A stretch of 25,220 nt of DNA from a virus (Duplodnaviria > Caudoviricetes): IMG/VR virus record IMGVR_UViG_3300006169_000010, positions 1 to 25,220 of that record; one strand, 5' to 3'. A program made the position numbers and the translations under genes. Under the pieces are notes generated by a model, which had not been told where the DNA came from, did not search any database, and saw nothing but the letters and a program-made list of their open reading frames with translations. Of the stretch, positions 16,939 to 24,656 are shown in pieces (positions within the stretch are counted from its first letter, which is position 1; each line of letters opens with the position of its first letter).

Positions 16939-18680
16939 TGTTAGGCATTGAAAGAAACGGCGAGCAACTGGATCTTGTACCTGGTACGGTGCTGGAGATG
17001 GAACTGGAAAATCCTTTCCTGGAATTTACCGGTGTTGATGCGAAGCAGTACTCCATGCCGATATCAATAAGAGCTACCGACAAGAATTTGCGGTTAACAG
17101 ATTTCTGGGCACTGCCACAAACAAGAGTGGATTACAAAGGCATCGATGTGAAAGTGTCAGATGATAATGAGCAGCACAGCATAGGAAAATTGAAGCTGGA
17201 GAAATCCAGGCACCATTTAAACCGTCCGGAGAGTGGTACCATCAGCATGTATTACCTCACCGGTGTATCAGCATTATTACAGGACATTAAGAATGTGAAC
17301 CTGAGAGATGCAGACTATGGCGGTGTGCGTTCTTTTCCCTGGCTTGGCTTTGATGAGAATGGCAGCGGCTTCTGGGCCCACATTACACGCATCATGCGAG
17401 GTGCTCCTAACACTGCCGATTATGCTTTCTTTCCGGTGATCAATAAAAGCTTCTCTTCTGTTATAAAGGCACAAAGCGTTAACCAGGTAGCAAGAGAAAA
17501 CGGACAGCCGGCTTTTCAAAAAAGAATCGGCGGTTATGGCAATGTGTTTTGCCCTTTCCCTTACCTGCACTACGTGATCAAAAGAGCGATGGCGCATGTA
17601 GGCTGGAGAGTTGAAGGTGCTATCCTGAATGATCCGGATTTTCAAAAGATCGTGATGGTAAACTTCGTAGGCATCATGTGGTGTGCTTCCGATACCTTCT
17701 GGGGTTTGTTTCCGATTCAGCCAAACATCAAGTTCAATCTGAAGGACCATCTTCCGGATATGAAGATCACCGATTTTCTGATTGCCTTAAAGAACCGGTT
17801 TGGATGGTGGTTTGATTTTGATCGCCGAAACAAAGTGCTGCGCATTAAAGAAATGAAGACTACCGCTACCGGTGTAGTGAAGGACCTGACAAAGTATGCA
17901 GATCCTCAACTCGATCGGAACCAGCTGAGTGAAAAAAGGATCTACTCCATCAAGAACACGTTTGTTGGTGGCCAGCAGCAACCTTCTTTTTTAAACATGA
18001 CTTACAAAGGTTGGGTGATGGAAGAAATGTATTTGCCGGCACCGACAGATGATCAGTATGGCCATTACTATCTCGTGGCCAGGGAAAACCGGTTTTATGT
18101 ATTGCGGCTGAATGATCAGAACCAATTAGAGTGGCAGGTGTATGATGATAATATTTATGATTACCTGCCTGCAGGTGCTACACAAGAAATAACGACAGCT
18201 GCTACTACCCTGGGCATGGACCGGCTCGATACTTATGTAGATTGGGCACCCAGATTTGATATTGCCGGTTTTAATCCGGATATCTTCCCTCAGACTACAT
18301 CAGAAGGTGAGCCCTGGGGCATTCACCTGGTGTTTCATCATGGCATGCAGCCAAATAAAAACGGGCATCTCTATCCTTATGGAAGTAACTATATCTACAG
18401 TAGCTCTGGCCAGCAAATAGGTAACTGGGCGCTTACGTTTGAATGCAGAACCATCCTGGGCGTTGATGTTGGTTTGTATGAACGTCAATGGAAACCGGTG
18501 CTGAGCAAGTTTACTACCAGCGAAGATTTTGAAATAGTGCTGAATCTACCAAGGCATTTATATCTGCAGCTGCAGTTTAGCGATGTGATCGCCATTGATG
18601 GTGTGCGGTTGTACATCAAAAAAATGAAGACTACTGTACCTTATACTGATAAGGTGACGTTGGAGTGTAGCAGGATCTAG
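16938..18680 (+). CDS. Putative tail hub/tip protein
   Basis: 580 aa, coupled (TAATG); ENPF...YSMPI, P.PYLHYVI and HLPDMKITDFL segments; last gene of the operon. Confidence 0.65.
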   Translation: MLGIERNGEQLDLVPGTVLEMELENPFLEFTGVDAKQYSMPISIRATDKNLRLTDFWALPQTRVDYKGIDVKVSDDNEQHSIGKLKLEKSRHHLNRPESGTISMYYLTGVSALLQDIKNVNLRDADYGGVRSFPWLGFDENGSGFWAHITRIMRGAPNTADYAFFPVINKSFSSVIKAQSVNQVARENGQPAFQKRIGGYGNVFCPFPYLHYVIKRAMAHVGWRVEGAILNDPDFQKIVMVNFVGIMWCASDTFWGLFPIQPNIKFNLKDHLPDMKITDFLIALKNRFGWWFDFDRRNKVLRIKEMKTTATGVVKDLTKYADPQLDRNQLSEKRIYSIKNTFVGGQQQPSFLNMTYKGWVMEEMYLPAPTDDQYGHYYLVARENRFYVLRLNDQNQLEWQVYDDNIYDYLPAGATQEITTAATTLGMDRLDTYVDWAPRFDIAGFNPDIFPQTTSEGEPWGIHLVFHHGMQPNKNGHLYPYGSNYIYSSSGQQIGNWALTFECRTILGVDVGLYERQWKPVLSKFTTSEDFEIVLNLPRHLYLQLQFSDVIAIDGVRLYIKKMKTTVPYTDKVTLECSRI

Positions 18681-19564
18681 AACATTTTCACTACTTCTAG
18701 GATGTGATCGGAGGAATAAATCGTTGATATGCCTGTTCCTGGTATTCCAGAGGAAACTATTCCAATAATCACATTAGGAAGGCCTCTAACATACTCCAAG
18801 CCATCATTGAGTATTTTAAATCTTACATCTTTAGGGCTAACCACTGGACCACCGCTATTTCCACCAATAATTAAACCATCTACTAAGAAGTACTTTCCTG
18901 TTGCTTTTGTGATCACAGTATCATTTCGACGATTGATCACAACATTGTCTATTTGCAGGTCACCTTTGATTGAAGAAGCAATGTAGCCAGCCTTTGCTAT
19001 AGCTTGATTTGTATTTCCTCCAACAAGTCCTGCTGGATATCCTATAGCAAAAACTTGAGAGCCAAAACCTAGCTTAATACTTGGCAATCTTTTTAATGAG
19101 TAGAGGTATGTCGTATCGGGCGCTGAATAATAGAGAGTAGGATTTAAATTAAAAGCCTTTGAGATGTTGATTGCAGCTATGTCAATTTTTGGATCTGGAT
19201 GAAGTTGCACTAGGGACCGTAATTGACCATCGTCAAATGTTAGCCTAACAGGGATGGGATGAGAAGTTTTTCTATCCTTTGTATAGAGATGAACAATAAT
19301 CGAATCCCTCGGAATAAAGGGATCAACCAAAGAGTAGGCACCGATGACATGCTTGTTGGTGATTAGCAGAACCTTTGAGCCTTCTTTTGAAGTTTTGTAG
19401 GAAATCAAAAAACCGGTTCCTGTTGCAAAGCCTTTTGGTGTTGGAATGCTGATTTTTACAACACAATCTAGAAATTTCTCATCGATGGTTCCTGTAGTGT
19501 CTTGTGCAGGTAAGGTGTTGATTAGTAGAGTACATAAAAGTACCGCAATGATGTGTCGACGCAT
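18677..19564 (-). CDS. Secreted trypsin-like (S1) serine protease, moron
   Basis: Signal peptide MRRHIIAVLLCTLLINTLPA; GTGF, ITNKHV (His), IDIA (Asp), GYP, GGNSGGPV (Ser); no PDZ domain. Confidence 0.88.
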   Translation of the reverse strand: MRRHIIAVLLCTLLINTLPAQDTTGTIDEKFLDCVVKISIPTPKGFATGTGFLISYKTSKEGSKVLLITNKHVIGAYSLVDPFIPRDSIIVHLYTKDRKTSHPIPVRLTFDDGQLRSLVQLHPDPKIDIAAINISKAFNLNPTLYYSAPDTTYLYSLKRLPSIKLGFGSQVFAIGYPAGLVGGNTNQAIAKAGYIASSIKGDLQIDNVVINRRNDTVITKATGKYFLVDGLIIGGNSGGPVVSPKDVRFKILNDGLEYVRGLPNVIIGIVSSGIPGTGISTIYSSDHILEVVKMF

Positions 19565-19654
19565 GGTTCAAAATAATAAATAAAGCTGATCCCTTGAAAT
19601 GCAGCCTGGCTAAAACCATTTTAAAAAACTACAACGACAACTCTTTTTTCTTTG

Positions 19655-19717
19655 CTACTTTCTTTTTGCGAACGAAGGGATTGTATCTGTGAGAGAGGGT
19701 GAGCAAAAAGAAAGTAG
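19655..19717. repeat. 15-bp perfect inverted repeat around a 33-nt purine-rich spacer (REP-like)
   Basis: CTACTTTCTTTTTGC (19655-19669) / GCAAAAAGAAAGTAG (19703-19717). Confidence 0.85.
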
Positions 19718-19749
19718 TCGCCGCACGAGGGGGCGTCCTACCTTCAATT

Positions 19750-20094
19750 TTACTTCACCATGCTTTTTGTAATAAGCGGCTGTACTTGGAGTTGTGAAAA
19801 AACATAGGCAAGAGGAAAAAATTTGAATTCGTCTTTCTCTTCGTCGTTCTGCTTTTCTTGGTTGTGTGCCTTTATCGGTTCACCCCAAAGAAGCAAGGCC
19901 TTCTCACCTCGTTTAACAACAAAACCTTTATCTAACCATTTTTTAAAGCTGTGGATTTCTGTGTGTCCTTGCTGCGCATATAGGTAAATTAGACCTTCGT
20001 TAATAGATGAAGCTTCACCCATTTCTATAACTTGTTTAGCTGCTGCGCTCAGGCTCTTTAAGGCTTCCCTTTTTGCTTTCATTTCGTCAGTCAT
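19750..20094 (-). CDS. ArdC N-terminal-like ssDNA-binding domain protein
   Basis: SFKKWLDKGFVVKRGEKALLLW and AYVFSQLQV are ArdC-N (DUF1738) motifs; ATG 20094 preferred. Confidence 0.8.
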   Translation of the reverse strand: MTDEMKAKREALKSLSAAAKQVIEMGEASSINEGLIYLYAQQGHTEIHSFKKWLDKGFVVKRGEKALLLWGEPIKAHNQEKQNDEEKDEFKFFPLAYVFSQLQVQPLITKSMVK

Positions 20095-20104
20095 AACAAA
20101 AGTT

Positions 20105-20560
20105 TTAAAGGATGCCTTCATCAGCAAATGAAAAATAGGTTTCGCTCGTCATGATCAGGTGATCAAGAACTTTGATATCAACCAAAGCACAAGCGGCTTT
20201 AATTTTCTTTGTTAGTTCTTCATCTGCTGCGCTTGGCTTTGTTCCTCCGCTCGGGTGGTTATGTGCTAGAATAATGCTGCAAGCATTTGCTTTGAGGGCT
20301 GCACATAAAATCAATCTTGGATCTGCTACTGTGCCAGTGATGCCACCAGATGAACAATTAAAAAGCCCTAGCACTTTGTTTGCACGATTGAGAAGCAAAA
20401 CCTTGAATTGCTCTAACAGTTCTATTTTTCCATCTTCCCAAGTGCGGCGCAAAACGTCGGCGGCTTCATGGGAGCTTGTAATAAGTGGGCGTTCTGAGGC
20501 TTTAACGGTGGATTTATACAATAGTTCCACCTCTGCAACTTTTGATAAGTCGAGTGTCAT
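20105..20560 (-). CDS. radC: RadC-like JAB domain protein
   Basis: EQFKVLLLNRANKV, ILAHNHPSG, PSAAD and VLDHLI motifs; start at MTLD (20560), downstream of the hairpin. Confidence 0.92.
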   Translation of the reverse strand: MTLDLSKVAEVELLYKSTVKASERPLITSSHEAADVLRRTWEDGKIELLEQFKVLLLNRANKVLGLFNCSSGGITGTVADPRLILCAALKANACSIILAHNHPSGGTKPSAADEELTKKIKAACALVDIKVLDHLIMTSETYFSFADEGIL

Positions 20561-20584
20561 TTGATTTAAAAATTGAAGTGAGGG

Positions 20585-20611
20585 AAAAGAGCTCCCGCAC
20601 TGGCGGGAGCT
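20585..20611 (-). terminator. Intra-operon hairpin (weak terminator or processing site)
   Basis: AGCTCCCGC-CAGT-GCGGGAGCT followed by CTTTT on the - strand. Confidence 0.65.
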
Positions 20612-20619
20612 GGTGAGGA

Positions 20620-21027
20620 TTACCACTTAAGCTGAGGCTCTAATTCTTTGATCTTTTTCTTGATCGTTTCTTTCAGGAATTTTAAAAACTCCGGCATTAG
20701 CTCAGGGTTGTTTGTGGTGAAGCTGTTCCGGTTCTTGTCTTGGAAGGTGATTGAACAAGTTTCGTCATCTTTTGAAAGTTCAAAGCTTCCCAACCTTTGG
20801 AGGCTTTGCTGTAGGCGGTTGTACTTCTGCTGCAGATTAAAGAGAACGTTTAACCGGTGAAGGCGGTCTTCCAGTGGCGGCAGTTCAATAACTGCAGGGA
20901 GGTTTTTGACAACTGCTTCGACTGGCTTTTTTTCGTCCTTTTTTTCAGGAGTTAAAACGGTGGTTGTCTTTTCGCTTGCTGGTTTAGTTCCTGCTAAACC
21001 GTTTCCATTTTTTTGTTGTGTCGACAT
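20620..21027 (-). CDS. Hypothetical coiled-coil protein, first gene of the ArdC/RadC operon
   Basis: 135 aa with A/T-rich leader; helix-beta hairpin-helix pattern. Confidence 0.8.
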   Translation of the reverse strand: MSTQQKNGNGLAGTKPASEKTTTVLTPEKKDEKKPVEAVVKNLPAVIELPPLEDRLHRLNVLFNLQQKYNRLQQSLQRLGSFELSKDDETCSITFQDKNRNSFTTNNPELMPEFLKFLKETIKKKIKELEPQLKW

Positions 21028-21063
21028 GATACAATTTTTAAAATGAGTGAATTAATTGATACT

Positions 21064-21094
21064 ATAAGTTACGAAAAAGTCACGGATTTGTGAC
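21064..21094 (-). promoter_or_regulatory. Promoter/operator of the ArdC/RadC operon
   Basis: GTCAC-N6-GTGAC palindrome (21079-21094) just upstream of a TAACTTAT -7-like element (21071-21064). Confidence 0.5.
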
Positions 21095-21329
21095 ATTTTT
21101 TTAGCGACTATTTTATAAATAATTTCAAGAAAATCAACGACTTATAAGCGGTTCGGCGGTATTCGAGGCGAGGACCAAAACAACAAAGCCAAAAAACAAA
21201 AAACGGCGTCCGGCTTGCATTTCATCAGATTCGAAAAGAAAAAACCCCGCTAGAGCAGGAGCGATACCCCCGCAGTCCCTGTCCAGAGGTTCGGCGGATA
21301 CTTGTTTTCATTGGAAATATGACGGTATA

Positions 21330-21476
21330 GCGCTGTGGGGTGCGTAATACAATACGTTCCACAGTGCGCCACAGCACCGGCGGGCCCTTAGGCTACTGTG
21401 CAGCCCTTAGGATGCACAGACCATTGATCAATGGCCAGTACTACCTGCATGGTGGTAGTGGATACGTGTAGTATTC
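21330..21476 (+). repeat. Run of five closely spaced hairpins/palindromes
   Basis: GCGCTGTGG/CCACAGTGC; CTGTGCA/TGCACAG; CCATTGATCAATGG; TACTACC/GGTGGTA; GGATAC/GTATTC. Confidence 0.75.
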
Positions 21477-21507
21477 GGCTGATGTTGTTAAAATAAGTAC
21501 ATCCGCT

Positions 21508-21583
21508 GCGTGAGGGATAGTAGCGGATACCCTGGCCAGAGCCAGGTAGTAGCGGATAGCCCGAAGGCTTGCCGGCACGCCCA
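21508..21583 (+). ncRNA. Flavo-1-like structured motif
   Basis: GCGTGAGGGATAG-TAGCGGA...hairpin...TAGCGGATAGCCCGA...CACGCCCA matches my recollection of the Flavo-1 consensus; stems GCGTG/CACGC, GGG/CCC, CCTGGC/GCCAGG. Confidence 0.6.
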
Positions 21584-23242
21584 TCATCCTCTCATGGCTG
21601 TTCCTTTCCTGGATAATACAGTTTTGATCTTTCGTAGGAATAGTACTGCATGATTGATCATGTCAAATGCATCAGAGAAGTGAGTTGTTTCTGCCTGGTT
21701 CACATTCGGATACTTGTTTGTATTCTCATACTCTTTGTCTTTCTCCGTCTTACCATTGGTAGTCTTGGCAGGTGCACCAGTGATTGAGGTAATCATCTTC
21801 TTACATCTCAGTCTATTGATCAATATACGTGGTAGTGATCCATCAGTGTGGTCTAACCAGTCAGATGTGTTTGTATGCTTCTTGTAATGATCTGGAGGCT
21901 TACCCGTGTACACGAGCACGACTTTCCATTTATTCTTCTTGAGGATAGATCTAACTATTTTGTAGTACTCATCTACATTCACACGCTTACCTTTTGCTGT
22001 AGCATCATACACATAGTACACGGTCTTATTACCATGGTTAGCATACCGATCGCAAAACAGCTGTACTGCTTCCTGCAAAAAGCCCTTACTGCCATTACCA
22101 TTGGGCTGTATGTCTTTGGTGTTTGGCTGTGCTAACGTATAGACTTCATCTACATAATTGAGGGTTATTTCATCGCTACCCGGCAACCTGGTTAGTTGTG
22201 CGATCGGAATTGGCGCCACACTGTGCTGGTAATCCGGAGCAATGATAAAAGGCTTAGAAGAATTGATATCATCTAATCGCTCATACTCGTGAAGCTCTTT
22301 ATTGTATTTTGGATAAAACGTATCGCCTGCAGTAGTAGGATCTTCGTTTTTATAAGACACTTTCCAAACGCGATCGGAAGAGTTCATGCGCTTGTCTTTA
22401 TACCAACGATCTCCATAAATAGGACGCACATCATCAGCACTTATTTCACCGACATAAACAGCTTTAGAACGTAACAAAGAAAGCTCTTCATCAAGAACAT
22501 CAATTTGCCTCTGCAGCTTTGCTTTTTTTGTCTCGCTAATGTTTTCCTGCATTACTTCAAACATCAGCTCATTAATCTCCAGTGCATAAGTCATAATGAT
22601 ATCAATCAGCACTGGATCAACCAGGCTGCGATGATCAAGCAACCATTTTATTTGCACTGGATCTGCTTCCTTATCGGTAGTGAACATTTTGCTTAAGTAG
22701 CCAGCGCAATACTTGAAGTATTCTTCGTTACCGCGAAAGATCGGGAAGATCTCTTCAAGCAGCTGCTTCTGATCCATAAACTTCACCTCATCGAATATGC
22801 CCCACTGTAATGACAAACCGTTTGCACTCGCTTTCTTCATCAGTGATACGATGTGAATAGCGGTACCGTTGTGCCAGCTAATCACGTGATCATATTTGTC
22901 GTTATAGATGCCATTGTAAGGCTTTGGCCACGATGCTGGCGGACGCTTACCATAGATGTAATGTTCACCGCTATGAAAGCCGAATTCTTCCATTGCCTGG
23001 AGAAATGGAGGAATAGTATTATCGCCCATGTGCTCGAAGGATAGACCGATAATACCACCACTGGAGCGAGGCATTTTGTAAATGTTATCCAGGGCATAAA
23101 GAGGTTGAGCCCTTGTTGTCTTAAAGGATCCACGGCAGCCAAATAAAAAGGTGATGACAGCAGCTATTAAACGCAAACGCAAGTGCTCTGCTGGAAGCAC
23201 TAGGTTTTTAATAGGTTGTTCGGTATGGATTGATCTACTCAT
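21584..23242 (-). CDS. Terminase large subunit
   Basis: Walker A GCRGSFKT, Walker B GIFDEV, nuclease acidic motifs IAPDY, YDATA and HFSDAFD. Confidence 0.92.
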   Translation of the reverse strand: MSRSIHTEQPIKNLVLPAEHLRLRLIAAVITFLFGCRGSFKTTRAQPLYALDNIYKMPRSSGGIIGLSFEHMGDNTIPPFLQAMEEFGFHSGEHYIYGKRPPASWPKPYNGIYNDKYDHVISWHNGTAIHIVSLMKKASANGLSLQWGIFDEVKFMDQKQLLEEIFPIFRGNEEYFKYCAGYLSKMFTTDKEADPVQIKWLLDHRSLVDPVLIDIIMTYALEINELMFEVMQENISETKKAKLQRQIDVLDEELSLLRSKAVYVGEISADDVRPIYGDRWYKDKRMNSSDRVWKVSYKNEDPTTAGDTFYPKYNKELHEYERLDDINSSKPFIIAPDYQHSVAPIPIAQLTRLPGSDEITLNYVDEVYTLAQPNTKDIQPNGNGSKGFLQEAVQLFCDRYANHGNKTVYYVYDATAKGKRVNVDEYYKIVRSILKKNKWKVVLVYTGKPPDHYKKHTNTSDWLDHTDGSLPRILINRLRCKKMITSITGAPAKTTNGKTEKDKEYENTNKYPNVNQAETTHFSDAFDMINHAVLFLRKIKTVLSRKGTAMRG

Positions 23243-23816
23243 TTGGCTTGTCTTCGAAATCTATGTAATCAGCATCTTTAATCTGCTGCAGCTTTTCTTT
23301 TGCTTTAGCCCTTGCTTCTTCAATGCCCATTGGCTTAGCAATCGGCTGGCCATCAGGCGTAGTAAACAAGAATACAGGAGGCGGAAGAATGTTTTTGTTT
23401 TGTTCTTCCGGAAGAGCAGCTACTGCCTTGGTGTATGCATCATAAAGCTTAGGCAGTAAATGAGCGAGTGATTTATCATACTTAATGCGCTCTATTTGTA
23501 AAGCGATATCCTCTGCATGATGAATGAGTAAGTATTGTTTAGATGCTCTGCGAGCTGCACCAAAAAGAAGTTGTGTTTTAGCGATATCATTTTGCGCCGT
23601 GTGAGAAGAAACACCGAATTGTGCTTTGATCTTATCTGCAATTTGTTCACTCTTAAACTTACGCTGCAGCAACAAACGATCGCAATACTGCCAGCGCTTT
23701 AGCAGCTGCTCTTCATCAGCTGACAACACGATACCACTATCGTCATCAGTATAGAAACGTAGGATCCTGTTGTATGCGCTGTTCTTTTCGTTTTCAATGG
23801 GTACCAGGTCTTTCAT
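23235..23816 (-). CDS. Putative terminase small subunit / HTH protein
   Basis: IADKIKAQFGVSSHTAQNDI HTH-like segment; overlaps the large terminase start. Confidence 0.6.
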   Translation of the reverse strand: MKDLVPIENEKNSAYNRILRFYTDDDSGIVLSADEEQLLKRWQYCDRLLLQRKFKSEQIADKIKAQFGVSSHTAQNDIAKTQLLFGAARRASKQYLLIHHAEDIALQIERIKYDKSLAHLLPKLYDAYTKAVAALPEEQNKNILPPPVFLFTTPDGQPIAKPMGIEEARAKAKEKLQQIKDADYIDFEDKPNE

Positions 23817-24115
23817 GAGTTGTTCATTTTGTACTCCGCATCATCCAGTATTTTCTTAGCAAGCATCTGCGCCGGTGAGCTTCCATTCTTTGCATCTTTA
23901 AAAATGCGTTGACGTAATTCAAGCTGACTTTTTAGAAAGCCCTTGCGATAGGACAAATAGCCAAGGCCTTTCTTAGTTCTCATCTCTTCAAGTAGCGCTT
24001 CTTGGTCTACCTTAAAAAAGAAAAGTACTTCACCGATCTCTTCAGGTGTAAATCCATTTGCAGCCATTTCTTCGATTGATTCGACTTGTTTCTCACTAAG
24101 GTTTGGTAAGCTCAT
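23813..24115 (-). CDS. Small HTH-like packaging-operon protein
   Basis: MAANGFTPEEIGEVL HTH-like segment and AKNGSSPAQ; ATG 24115 preferred; ATGA overlap downstream. Confidence 0.65.
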   Translation of the reverse strand: MSLPNLSEKQVESIEEMAANGFTPEEIGEVLFFFKVDQEALLEEMRTKKGLGYLSYRKGFLKSQLELRQRIFKDAKNGSSPAQMLAKKILDDAEYKMNNS

Positions 24116-24656
24116 TAGCAATCCATTTAAGATGAAATTTGGCAACAGATGCATCTGTTGATATCAGGCCGGTTTCATAACGCTTGTTTGTAGTATAGTT
24201 TGCGCTACCAACAACTACCAAAAACCAAGTGTCATTTTTGATGACGGTAACTTTTGAATGCGTATGGCAAAGCTTTATGTTGGATGAAGTGTTTTTCATA
24301 ATCGTTAATGCACTAGCGCTACGCACATCAACACGACTATCGATTACACAGATCAAACGCTCGATCATTCCTGCAAGCTTCATATCGGCAAGCTTACGTG
24401 CTGGCAGTTCACTAAAAGCATAAGAAGAGATCCACACATCTGCAGGACCTGTTTTTTCCAAAAGCTTTTCAAGCAGCTGGTGCATGCTCCAATCACCCTC
24501 AGTCACCCAGTGCACCGTTTTGCCATGATCGACCAGGTCAATCACCGGCTGAAGTTTCAATGTAGCAGCTGCTACATGATCAGAGGCATCAACAATGCCG
24601 GCACCGGCTGTGCTGTCGTGCTCTTGCTCTTTCAGTTTCTTAACCTCAAATAGCAT
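24096..24656 (-). CDS. Phospholipase D-superfamily (single HKD-like) protein, probable nuclease
   Basis: VWISSYAF, HSKVTVIKND, GSANYTTN and later YE motifs; ATG 24656 preferred. Confidence 0.8.
   Translation of the reverse strand: MLFEVKKLKEQEHDSTAGAGIVDASDHVAAATLKLQPVIDLVDHGKTVHWVTEGDWSMHQLLEKLLEKTGPADVWISSYAFSELPARKLADMKLAGMIERLICVIDSRVDVRSASALTIMKNTSSNIKLCHTHSKVTVIKNDTWFLVVVGSANYTTNKRYETGLISTDASVAKFHLKWIANELTKP

Noticed and set aside
15067-18680. Diversity-generating retroelement or invertible tail cassette
   Set aside because: No reverse transcriptase, invertase or TR/VR-like repeat pair noticed in the window
20561-20626. Longer N-termini in the ORF track (radC 20626; also 696, 3469, 9602, 20127, 24154, 24692)
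   Set aside because: They run through hairpins or deep into upstream genes; downstream starts with A-rich leaders or coupling fit better
21028-21583. tRNA or att site in the long intergenic region
   Set aside because: GGTTCG motifs are not in a cloverleaf context, there is no integrase nearby, and phage genes continue on both sides
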